A stretch of 64,000 nucleotides of DNA from the NCBI GenBank assembly GCA_017654855.1, contig CM030336.1:310001-374000 (forward strand), read 5' to 3'. This DNA comes from Podospora anserina. Its lineage: Eukaryota. Positions within the stretch are counted from its first letter, which is position 1; the number at the start of each line of letters is the position of its first letter. Under the pieces are notes generated by a model, which was given only the letters and a program-made list of their open reading frames with translations, was not told the DNA's origin and did no database searches. The position numbers were made by a program, and so were the translations under genes. This document shows, one piece after another, positions 1-11,028 of the stretch.

Positions 1-76
1 CCTTAAACCCTGTGGCTTCTCCTCTTAACTCGAAAATATAAGGGTATCATATCTGATTCATTCTATATATTACATC

Positions 77-1450
77 TCACCACTTCACTCCCCAATCCCA
101 CCCTTTTACTCGAACTCGGACCCAAAAGAAACACCCAAATGCGCCAACATAACTGGCGATAGCAAACACAAGTGGTCTCCAATAAGCCCTTCTATCCGTC
201 TCTCCTCCCATGTCTACCAGGCCGCCGGCGATAGGTATTCCTGTCAAACATGCCAGGCTGGCAAAGGTGTAGGAAGTGGCGTAATACCGACCATAATCAT
301 GCGTCTCGCACAACTGGCCCAAACAGATGGGCACCAACGTGATGTTGGAGCCACTGACAAGACCAAACAAGACTGCAAACCCCGTTATCAGTCCAGCACC
401 ACCACCTCCATCTTGGCCGAGCGCATCGGGGAGCCAGAAGCAGGCGACAGACACGAGGCAGATAGCAATGGATACAACCATCGTGTTGTAGCGACCTGCT
501 TTGTCGGCGATGTACCCAGGCAGATATCGCCCAATACAAGACGCCCCATTGATGATGGCAAGAAGCTGGTACGCGAACGCTGCATCACCTCCAGCGTCAG
601 CATCCTCGGCCAGCCCCTGACGAGCGAGATAATAGCTTGGTATGTATGACACCGGGACAAAGTACGCCCACTCGATGAAGAAAACCCCAGCAGTCGTAAA
701 TGCCATCGCTCCTGTACCATCAAGAAACATGCGTGGGTTGGGCAGCATATCTCGCCACGTAGAGGATGCCTTGGCCTGTCTGATCTCAAGACGACTTCGA
801 CAAAGGAGCACACTGGCAACGCAAAGTACGAGCAGCACAAAACCGACGATTCTCATGGCCCATGCCCATCCGACCTTGGGCACCAGTGACTGCATCATCA
901 AGGGCCACATGACACCCCCCAGTGCGCTCCCCACAAAGGCAAACCCACTGGCTGTCCCTCGTCGCTTGTCAAACCAATGTGAAATGGCCCCGATAGCAGG
1001 TGTGAAGAGAAGGGAACACCCAGTGCCGGTGAGGATGGAGAAGGCAAGGATGAACTGGTAATACTCGGTGCACTGAGCGGTGGTAAAGATGCCGACAAGC
1101 AGACAGACAGTCCCGAGAGCCATCAGTCCCTGGGGACCGTGTCGATCGAAGACGGGGCCGATCTGCACGCCGCAGAAATAGGAGACAAAAACAAAGATGC
1201 CAAAGATCCACCCGATGGCTTGGTTGGAGTAAGTCGGCAGTACAGTCGTTGCGACGAGGGCCTGGAACATGCCGACTGAGTTGACGAGTCCCATGCCACA
1301 AGTCATGGCACACCATGAACCAAAGGCCACGCTCCAGGCTTTGAAGCCGCCTTCGGGGTAGGTGATTTTCTTGGGGTCGACATTTTGATCTTCCGAGTCT
1401 TCTGGTGTGTTGATGGGTTTCTCAGTCGCAGGAGGCCCTGAAGTGCTCAT
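77..1450 (-). CDS. MFS transporter, monocarboxylate permease (MCH/MCT-like) family
   Basis: Intronless 457 aa ORF with about 12 hydrophobic segments. It has the YPEGGFKAW N-terminal motif, GPVFDRHG, HWFDKRRGTASG and IADKAGRYN loop motifs. Confidence 0.9.
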   Translation of the reverse strand: MSTSGPPATEKPINTPEDSEDQNVDPKKITYPEGGFKAWSVAFGSWCAMTCGMGLVNSVGMFQALVATTVLPTYSNQAIGWIFGIFVFVSYFCGVQIGPVFDRHGPQGLMALGTVCLLVGIFTTAQCTEYYQFILAFSILTGTGCSLLFTPAIGAISHWFDKRRGTASGFAFVGSALGGVMWPLMMQSLVPKVGWAWAMRIVGFVLLVLCVASVLLCRSRLEIRQAKASSTWRDMLPNPRMFLDGTGAMAFTTAGVFFIEWAYFVPVSYIPSYYLARQGLAEDADAGGDAAFAYQLLAIINGASCIGRYLPGYIADKAGRYNTMVVSIAICLVSVACFWLPDALGQDGGGGAGLITGFAVLFGLVSGSNITLVPICLGQLCETHDYGRYYATSYTFASLACLTGIPIAGGLVDMGGETDRRAYWRPLVFAIASYVGAFGCFFWVRVRVKGWDWGVKW

Positions 1451-2119
1451 GGTGCTGGCCGCAGTCGGCGGGAGGGGGGATCAGGTCGGGTGCCTGATTG
1501 GTAATATTTCCGGAGAAGCAGTAGCTGTCAGGCTCAGATACTTTCCTGTTGAGCTTGATAGTCAATCCCATGTGAGGTAGGAAGGTGCGAACATTGAAGG
1601 TGCTCACTCACTTTGTTGACAAACACTCTCATGATCGATTGCGTCATTGGTCAAACCGATACCACATCGGCAGGAAAGAGCATCGACTGTCCAAACCAGT
1701 CGGCGGAATAGACTCAGTGATTATTGAGAGGATGAGCAGAAGTTCGCGCGGCTATGGTGTTTAATAACTGCCATTTTCAGGGAATCCCGAAAGCTCGCAT
1801 GTTCTCAAGGTAACAGTAGGTCAGGTTCACCGCACTCGATGATTTAGGCCGCGGCCTTTGACCATGTCGATCATGACGATCCACCGCATCCCATCGAGAT
1901 CTCTTTCTGTAAGTAAGAAGATGGAAATAGCACCAATCAGAGACACAACTACGCGATCAGTTACAGGTCTATACTGACTGGTATCGAGTATTTAAGGTCG
2001 ACTGTACCGCGATGACAATGCCTCTCTATCTTGCCATCAGGCAGGCAGACATCTTCAAGAATCACTTGTTCCATTTTTTTACGACTTAAGAGATTTCATT
2101 CTCTCGCAAATTCAACACC

Positions 2120-3280
2120 ATGACAGCTACCACTCTTCCTGCATTCAACACGCTCGTTGCTGAGTCTATCTCGCAACACAGTCAGATTCCACCTGAGCAA
2201 ATCATCGTCCTCGACAACTCAGACAAATACTGCCCGGACGGTATCAAGACCGACCAATCTCAAGACGAAGAAGGCGAAAGCCTAGCCGCCATTTTCGGCA
2301 CCATGGCCAGTCTCAACAAGGGTGCTCTCCTGGACAAGAACCTCTGCACTGGCAACGGCGGCCACTCCTTCCGCTCCGCCCTCCTGAGCGCAACAGACGA
2401 GCTCGCCAACCTCGCCCAAGGCCGCAAAGTTCGTTATGTCGAGCTCGGCCCAGAGCCATTCAAATCAAGCGTCATCATCACCCACCTCATCAGCTCGGGC
2501 GTTCAACTCTCCCAGTACGTCGGCATCGACATCAACCCCGAGTCCGAACTCACCATGCGTGCTGCCCTCGAGCCCATCATCTGCCCCGATCGGTTTGCCT
2601 ACCTCGTGGCCGACTTTTACAAGACCTCGGCCGACGACCTCCCACCTCTCCCCGGCTCTGACAAGGAAGGCGAGACCATCACAGTCATGACCAACCTCGG
2701 CTTTCAAGAAGGCAACGACCTACCCTCCCGTCTCGGGCCCATGCTCTCCCGCCTGACGCGTCCAGGCGACCTCTTGCTGTCAGAAATGCAAGTCTTGCCA
2801 TCCTCCGCCCCATCATCAGACGCCTCCGACAGCGAAAGCGACAGCGACGTCAGCACCACCAGCATAACCGACTCCAAGCTAGTCGAGGAATTCTACCACC
2901 ATCCCGAGATGCTCAAGTTTTCCTCCCTTGTCGGCAAGAAATTTGATCGGAACTTTGATCTCTCCCCCCAATCAAGTCCCAACTCCAGCTCGGAGGATGT
3001 TGGTGGTGGTGGGGCAAGCAGCAATGATTACGAGTACATTTTCCGGCTCGTCCCGCTTCAACTCTCGAATGTGGGAGAGGTGGCTGTTGCGACAACGTTG
3101 GTGTCGCTGCCGATTCCGGGGGGGAAGGGGAAGAATTATGTGCTGACGAATAGCTGCATCAAGTACACGAGGGAGCAGTTTGCCAGGGCGAGGGAGACGC
3201 AGGGGAAGTTTGGAGTCAAGGGGTGGAGGGAGACGGGTGACGGGTCGGTTGTTTTTCAGATTGCGGAGAGACGTTATTGA
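2120..3280 (+). CDS. SAM-dependent methyltransferase, EgtD/EasF-like (histidine-specific methyltransferase fold)
   Basis: Intronless 386 aa ORF with motif I-like YVELGPEP, YVGIDIN, LGFQEGN, PGDLLL and C-terminal TNSCIKYT. These resemble the ELG/DIS/IGN/SxKY pattern of the EgtD family. Confidence 0.7.
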   Translation: MTATTLPAFNTLVAESISQHSQIPPEQIIVLDNSDKYCPDGIKTDQSQDEEGESLAAIFGTMASLNKGALLDKNLCTGNGGHSFRSALLSATDELANLAQGRKVRYVELGPEPFKSSVIITHLISSGVQLSQYVGIDINPESELTMRAALEPIICPDRFAYLVADFYKTSADDLPPLPGSDKEGETITVMTNLGFQEGNDLPSRLGPMLSRLTRPGDLLLSEMQVLPSSAPSSDASDSESDSDVSTTSITDSKLVEEFYHHPEMLKFSSLVGKKFDRNFDLSPQSSPNSSSEDVGGGGASSNDYEYIFRLVPLQLSNVGEVAVATTLVSLPIPGGKGKNYVLTNSCIKYTREQFARARETQGKFGVKGWRETGDGSVVFQIAERRY

Positions 3281-4424
3281 TTTTTTTTCTGTGTTTTTTG
3301 GTGGTGTTCCTTTCTTCAGATCCTGTTTGGGATGGTTGAATATCTCGCTGGAAGAGATGGTTTGGTGTATATGCATCAAAATCTGTAATTCAGGGGTAGA
3401 TCTAGAAATGCAGCTCTTTTTTCATGCCAGTCAGAACTTTAGCATGCCGTGTAAGGTGCTCATGTCAACATTGTCTGAGTCTTCATAAAGGGGGGAGGGA
3501 CAGGTAGGGTACCATCCGTCGTCATGACTTGCATACGCGGAGTTAGGACATACGCTATGGACAAGCAAAATAGAGCCTGCGATAAAATGTCAAGGCCTAA
3601 AAGATAGTCACCATGCGTCCCGAGTATCTTTCAAGGCGTGTTCGCTATCTTTTCAGGCCTCTTGACTATCTTAAAAAGACATATTAATATGTATCTCACA
3701 GGCCTAATACCTATCTTTCAACGCCTATTAATTTCTTTTGAAGGGCATGTAAACCACTCTTAAAGCCCCTTATTCCCAGAGGTAGTCTCTACTTTTATGC
3801 CCATGACGTCCCACCCCATGCCGATCTCTCCGCTATCTGCATCGGTAAGGCCCGCTGCCGCCCTCCCGCACCTTATACGGAAGGTAAAGCCGTTGGTGAC
3901 CAACACCCTCCTCAATCTCAGTGCAACCCGAGCATAAATCAAGCTTAGATCTCAATCAAAGGTTCTGTCACGCCCTGGGCCGAGATAATCTCGAACACAA
4001 TATCCCGGAAAGTCAATGCTGTCATCCCGTCGATCACCTTCACGTGGTGAGTTGGAATACGAACTGCACCGCCAGCAGACATGGAAAAAATATCGTTACT
4101 TTTGTTACAAATCACCACACCTAGCCGAATAAATACACTAATCAAACACATATAGAAGCAAAGCAGCCAAAAATGAACCACTCCCCCCCTCCCTACCAAC
4201 CACCCAGCCAATCTCATCTCATGGTATCACATCACTTTTTCATCCCCACATTCATCTCCCGTCCCCATCCCCAACCAATATCCTAAATATACCAACCAAA
4301 GCCATCCTTCCAACCCCCCCCCCCCCTTCCCAGTTCCCAGTCACCCAATGCCATATCCCTCCCCCATATTCCATATCATCCCACATTACATCCCTGCACC
4401 CACCCACCTCACCATTACACAAAA

Positions 4425-7400
4425 TTAAAAGTTATAGTACCTCGGCTCATCAAACACATGATACCGGTGCCCCCTAACTCCCTCTCCTCTAAACATCCTC
4501 GGGAACCTCCACCCCTCTGGCACCTCATGCTCCTCCACCCGTCTATCCCTTACATCCTCCGGCACACCCCAAGCAAACTTGCTGTCCTCCTCCGAGTTGG
4601 GAACCACAAACTTGGCCACCTGCAACTCGGTATCGGTGATGGTGCTCCTGCTCACACGGGCATAACCCGTCCTCCGGAGACCCTTGAACAAGATGTACTC
4701 GCACCAGCGGTCCCAGTCCGTCTTGTCCACGTCGTGCATGCCGCTCACGTCGGAGACATACGTGTTGTAATTGCCCTTGAGGGGCTCCGTGACGAGGTAA
4801 GACAACAAAACGCTGGGGCGGTTGGTGCTGCCCATGAGCTTGGAGAGATATTCTGACTGGAGACGACGGTCCTCGGGGTCCTCTTCCTGGCCAGAGTGGA
4901 AGACAAAGACGTCGACGAGGGTTCCGTAGACGTCAAGAGTGGCGTGAATGGCAGGAGCCAGCTCGCCGACCGGGCTGGGAAGGAGGTGATGGGTTGAGTT
5001 GACGATGGGGAACTTGGACAACAGAGCCGCGCCCCAGGTGTGCTTGTTGGGACCCGGACCATAGTCGACGTACATTCCAAGGTCTTCAGCAAGGAACTGA
5101 GTGGTGTCACGGTTGCCCATGATGACGCGCTGCAGATCAGACTCCAACAAACCAATCACATCAACCTCCATCTCCTTGATAAGATCGCGCATGCGATACT
5201 CGGAAGACCACATGTCGTTGTCGAGAGAGAAGTGAATCGTCCAGATGCCAGCCGTGAAAAGGCGGTCCTTGGCGTGGTAAGGCTTGTAGTCGTTGGTAGG
5301 GAAGCGCAGGAAGTTGGCGGAGAGGAACAAGAGGTTGAGAACACCAAGAACGCCAAAATGATACTTCCTGTGGTGAGTGTTGACAGGACGGATGACACCA
5401 ACCTTTTTCTTGCTGCTGCTGTTGTTTTTGGCCTGGTGGGAAATGAGATCAAAGAGCCCAATGCCGAGTGCCAGCATCATGGTGATCATGATCCAGTCAG
5501 TATGCTCCCGAACCAGCGGGCCACCAGGCACAAAGGCATAGGCGACAACCCAGACGTGGAAGAGAACCAAGAAATTGTAAATGAGGAAGCCGAGACCAAA
5601 AGTGGCCGCAGGGCTCTTCTTGGCAGCGTTGCCAATCATGGGAACAGCGATGGCCATGAGGTAGGCAGCCAAAGTCAAGCCACCGTAGTAACCACGCCAT
5701 TGCTCATAGAGAGTAAGGTAGGCAGCACCAATGCAGCCCAGACCGTATGCAGTCCAGCTCGTGGCAAAACCAGGTCGGAGGACGCCGATGAGAATACCAG
5801 CAGTCATGGCAGCGATTGTGTACCAGCCATGGACATTGGAAACAGGTCCTCGGATCGGATAACCATCCCAAACCCAGAGGATCATGGTGCTGGTGTCAGA
5901 GAGAAGGGAATGCAGACCGAAGAACAGACCGCCAATTCCGATAGCAGACAGAACAGACGATCCACTCTTCTTCCCGGTCGTGTTGCCACCCTGGTGAGGG
6001 CCACGGCGAGTGAACCTCAGGGCGGCAAGAATAGCAAGGAAGAGACCAGTGGCGTTCCAGCCACCGTTCTCAGCATGCATGATGGGCCAGATGGGATTGT
6101 TTGTGTACCAAGCAAACTTGGCAACAGACGACATGAGCAGACCAATGGTCCACGCAAGGATGCGAGCCTCAAGTCTGGTGGGCTGCACAGAGTCCGAATA
6201 CCAGGTAGCAGCCCAGCTGAGACAACCCATGGAGACGCCAAAGCCAACAGTAAAGAGCCGGTAAACAGGGTCCTTGACCAGATAGGCGAGAAGGCCAGCG
6301 AGTGACAGAAGGTGAGTAATGCGCTGGTTGCTAACGATGAAAGAGCGCAACGGCCTGATGGCAAGCAGGAAAGGCGAAATAGTGGTCATGACGAGGGCCT
6401 CATAGCCGGAGATGCCCATGTGCCACAAGGGAAAGTCTATCGACGTGTCAGCTACATGGTTAGTACCAAAATCTTCCAAAAGTACTTACACCAGATGACC
6501 ACACCCAAGCTGGTCAAGATGGACCAGAACACAAACTGTCATTGGTTAGATGGGCACTCATAAGCGCATTGTGGACACCACTTACGCCATGGTAAACATC
6601 AGCCGCAATGTCGAGGAACTCGCCAAAGCGGAATCCGGCAGAATAGACACCACCAGTGGCCTGTTCCTTCCTAGGCGCATTGTTAGCTTACGGTGGGGGC
6701 TGACCGGTACATAAGACAGGCTTACTCCTTTTCAAGCACAGCAGTGGGCACAGAAGAGTGGTTGACTCTGCTAACTGTTTTAGAACCAGCCTTTTGACAT
6801 AACATTTGGTCTTGGATATTGTACAAGCCCATTGCACAAATGGGTTGAGGCTATCTTGGGAGCCATTGGACGTACCCCTTGCTCGCGCCCTTCACATCCC
6901 GGATTGTGATCTCGAGCGAGTCAAAGTCCAGAGCAGTCACGGCGTCAAAGGACACATCGAGGACAATCAAGGCCCATTCGAAGAAAGCGTAGATGGTGTA
7001 CGCTACACGTGTTAGTGTCAGACATTTCCGTTCCGATTGGACATGACCTACCTCCCGCAACACGGTGAACCTTGTGTTGGATGAAAAAGTACACCAACGG
7101 CACCAGAGTACCGAAGAAAGCGCCCGCAATGTATTTCCTGTACTTGATCGCTTTTGTATTCGGGGGACTGAGCGCAATGCAGCCGGTTGTCCACGGAATC
7201 GTAAAGACAATGTACGAGATCATAAGAATATCGTGCCAGTCATGGTCGTCGGTAGACGTGATGTAGGTCCACCCGCCGCATGTGAGAGTTCGGATGATGC
7301 CGGACCATCCGATCAGCTTCGGTAGCGTTCGGCCGGGCTTCGCGGTCAACAGATACCATAACCCGACGAGAGCAAATCGAGGACCTGATGGTGGTAGGCT

Positions 7401-7802
7401 CGGTGTCAGTGCCGAGCCGGACTGACCAGCCAAGGGAGAGAGACCGTGGGCACATACCGGAGGTAATGGCAATGAACAGCATGAAGATGGACCGTTCAGG
7501 ATAACGGTCACCAATGGTGGCCGACACAGAAGGGAACCATTCTTGCGGATAGCCGTACCACTCGTTCTGGACAATCTTGTGGTAGTGAAGAGCAGACCCA
7601 ATGACGAGGGCGCTCAAGAAAGCCACTGGGATCCGGAGGAGCCGGGAATGGTCAGCAAAAACAAATGCTCCGTCCGATAAGGTGAATCAGGTTACACACA
7701 GGAGGCAGCGACAGTGTGCGACCAGCTCACCCACTGGCCATTAAAAGAGAGGACGACGCCTGCGTCCTTGTCCTTGTAGGAGCGGGACGACGACGACACC
7801 AT
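4425..7802 (-). CDS. CWH43: CWH43/PGAP2IP GPI-anchor lipid remodelling protein (Frag1 domain plus C-terminal endo/exonuclease-phosphatase domain), multi-exon
   Basis: Exon ORFs encode [90 protein letters not shown] and ITDTELQ. ATG at 7802-7800; several GT-AG introns lie between 6440 and 7700. Confidence 0.95.
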
Positions 7803-8387
7803 TGTGGCCGTGTCCGTGTCGACGCGGCGCGGGGTTCCGGACGAGGGTTCAAGCTCAGGCCAGGCCAAGGGCAGGGCAAGGGCAGAGGATCCGATAAGAC
7901 GTGTGTTTGGTTGGGAGATTGGGATCAAGCGCTGGGATACATCGCCGTGGGGAGTAGCAGTCAGTGTCTGCAGAAAAGAACAGATGGAGGAGAAGCGAAG
8001 AAAAGTCACAGCTTGGTCTTGGCCCAACAGTTGCTGTGCATCGAGAGACGAAGGGAAGGATCGAATTGGACGGGATGGCGAGACAACACCAAGAGCGCCA
8101 GAAACCTCGGCGCGATCCGCATTCAGAGAAATCCACAGGCGCCAAGCCGTTGACCCGACTGCATGGCCCCTGCAGCCTCGGTGAGCCTCGGTGAGCCACA
8201 GGCAGAGCCCAGGTGAACAGGGCCCCACTAAAAAGTTCAACACCAGCCCACGGCAACAAGCTTCCACCATTCCATTTCTCAGAACATCTCCAAGCTTTGC
8301 GTAATCCACCCAGCACTGCAACTGCACCGTCGTTTCCTTATCGCAACCAACCCAGCGCATTTCAGACCTGTTTTATAATCCATAACC

Positions 8388-9698
8388 ATGGGTGGCGCCG
8401 CAGAAAAGGCCCGCTTCTACCTCGAGCGAGCAGCTCCCGAGCTCCGCGAGTTTGAAGAAAAAGAGATCTTCACCAAGGTACATCCCCCCGTCGCCTCTAG
8501 CTCTGTCGCTCTCTTTTCAATGCGCTGACCTCCCAAACTCCAGGAGGAAATCCGCTCCCTCGTCGTCAAACGCTCCGACTACGAGCACCTCATCCTCTCC
8601 CCTGGTACCAAACCAACCGACTTCCTCTCCTACATCTCCTGGGAAACCTCCCTCGACCGCCTCCGCGCCAAACGCTGCGCCCGCCTCAAAATCCGCAACT
8701 CCTCCTCCCACGCCTCCCAGGCACGCACCTTCAACATTTTCGAGCGCGCCGTCAACAAGCACCCGGGCTCCCTGCAGCTCTGGTTCGCCTACCTCGACTT
8801 CGCCGCCAGCGTCAAGGCCACAAAACGATGGAACCGCATCGCTACCCGTGCCATCCGCCTTCACCCGTCCGAGTCATCTCTTTGGGCTCTGGCTGGCCGT
8901 AGAGCCGCTAAGGCGGGGGATATGGAAAAAGCCCGGGCGCATTACTTGAGAGGGTGCCGGTTTTGCACCACGGAGCCAGACCTTTGGGTGGAGTACGCCA
9001 GGTGTGAGATGGAGTGGCTGCAGAAGATTGAGGCGAAGAAGGCTGGGAAGGGGGTTAGAAAGGGGGTTAATCCTGTCGAGGCGATCAAGGACACGGAAAC
9101 GCTGCAAGAGGGGGATGTTATCGAATTTGACGAGGAGGATAGCGAGGATGAGGACATGGACGGCGAGTTGATGCTTCCTGATCCGGATGCCGAGGGTGCG
9201 GATGGGAAGCCAAAGAAGAAGAAGGTCATGACAGAGGAGGAGACCAGGAAGATTGAGCAGAGCCCTGCGCTGAGTGGAGCGATACCAATGGCCATCTTCG
9301 ACATAGCACGGAAGCAACAGTTCTTCGGGGCGAGGGCGGCCGAGATGTTTTTCGACATGTTTGCGCAGTTTGGCGGGGTGTCATCGCAGGAGAGGATTGT
9401 GGGGCATGTGCTGGGTGCGATGCAGGAGCTGTATCCTGGCCATGCTTGCACTGTCAGCTGCTGGATTAGACAGCCGGTTGTGGGTGTGAACGCGTTGAGT
9501 GTGGAGTTCCCCAAGGCGCTCAGGGAAGTGCTGGCGAGGCTGAAGAAGGGTCTGGAAGAGACAAACGACAAGAAGGCATTGGTAGATAAGATGGTGAGCT
9601 GGTTCGACGGGGTTTTGGCCGTCGACGGATTGGACGAGGGGATTAAGATGGTGTTGCAGCACACAAAGGGGTCGTTGGAACAGCAGGTTGCGAATTGA
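8388..9698 (+). CDS. UTP6: U3 snoRNA-associated protein 6 (HAT repeats)
   Basis: ATG at 8388 gives MGGAAEKARFYLERAAPELREFEEKEIFTK. An intron at about 8478-8543 is followed by EEIRSLVVKRSDYEH and HAT-type segments (FERAVNKHPGSLQLW, LWVEYARCEMEWL). Confidence 0.9.
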
Positions 9699-10027
9699 TA
9701 CCCAGATAACATGATTAATGGAATTACAACTAGAGGTCGATGTCTTTACCGGGGTAAGGGTCATAATTTTCGCGCTCAAACTGTTCTGCCTCGTACCCCG
9801 CAAGCAACTTTCGGTCGATGACTATGTCAGGGTCTGGAAGCTGGGGGTCATTATCGTCAGCATGATTCCACCCGTAATCATTACAGTAATCTGGTTCCGC
9901 CTCCCACAGCACGACTGACTATCCGCCAACAGCCATATCCGATGGTGTGAACCGAGGGGTGGCCCATCCGCCGAATCATGGGTCCGAAGATCGACTGGTG
10001 TTTCACCATGCAAGAGAAGCTACGGCC

Positions 10028-11028
10028 TCACCTTCTCTCGGCAACCGCCATAAGAAACTTCCACTCGGAAGCCGAGACCTTGCTGACGCTCAGCCTCGAC
10101 TGCTTGATCATTTGCATCTTGTCCAACGGCCCCCCGGGCGCGCCCAGTTCTTTGAGTTCTTTCAGCGTAATCGGCTTGTTGAACTTTTCGTGGAATTTGA
10201 CGTGAACAACGCTCCATTTGGGGTCGGAGGGCTTGGACTTTGGGTCGTAGTATGGCGCTTTGGGGTCGTGAGCAGACACTATCCAACACGTTAGTAAAGA
10301 GACCCTCGATAGAACACATTTGCCGTGAGCAACCTACGATCAGGCGAGTGCTCCTTTACAATCTCCATCGTCCCCACGATCCCGGGCTCCTTGCAGTTGG
10401 AGTGGTAAAAGAAGGCCAAGTCACCCTTCTTCATGGCTCGAAGGTTGTTGCGGGCGGCGTAATTGCGGATACCTGGTGAGATGTTAGAAGGAGAATAAGT
10501 GGGAGACAACGGGAAGAGACCAGCATACCATCCCACGGCTCCGGCTCTGTCTTGGCCGCCAGGTCGTCAATCGAAAATTTGACATCAACACCGTTCTCAT
10601 ACCGAGACTCGGGCTCGGCTTTGAGAAGCCAATAGTTCTTTTCTTCGGACTCATCCGGGGCAGGAGAGGGTGAAGCTTCTTCAACCTCCTCCCTTTTGAC
10701 GGCCTTTTTGGTTGCTTTTTTGGCTGGTGGTGAGGACTTATTAACCACAGGCTCTGTTTCCTGTTTTGAGGTCCTTGATTTCTTGGTGGATGGCTCGTCC
10801 TGAGCAGGATGTGAGCACGTTTGTGGTCCACTGATGATCAGATAATCTCAAGCCGAGAAGGAAACCACGTACCTCTTCAGTTTTGATATCTGCCTTTGAG
10901 GCCTTCTCATTCTTCACAGCTTTGGGCTCAGTCTCATCCTCCGTCCTTTGCAGACGCATTGAACGCCGGCGCGGCTCAGGAGCTGCCACGGCTGGCTTTT
11001 CGGCATGGGTAGACTTTCTCTTCGGCAT
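10028..11028 (-). CDS. EVE-domain (THYN1/Thy28-like) nuclear protein, multi-exon
   Basis: Exons encode YWLLKAEPE...KFSIDDL, WDG-IRNYAARNNLRAMKKGDLAFFYHSNCKEPGIVG, AHDPKAPYYDPKS and RLSVSKVSASEW. The N-terminus is basic and low-complexity. The exact 3' end is uncertain because of a possible donor near 10030. Confidence 0.88.

Noticed and set aside
3760-4217. Two adjacent minus-strand short ORFs as a frameshifted gene
   Set aside because: No recognisable domain or splice signals; support is too weak.
5040-6305. 421 aa plus-strand ORF
   Set aside because: Antisense shadow of the codon-biased CWH43 exon; no motifs. The same applies to 8942-9712, 20227-20937 and 20771-21721.
8174-8197. 10 bp tandem repeat AGCCTCGGTG (2.4 copies) in the CWH43/UTP6 divergent promoter
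   Set aside because: Too short to distinguish from replication slippage.
9730-9912. Acidic 60-codon ORF as an extra exon of the EVE-domain gene
   Set aside because: The donor near 10030 is phase 2, and the nearby acceptors do not join this frame. It has no ATG of its own.
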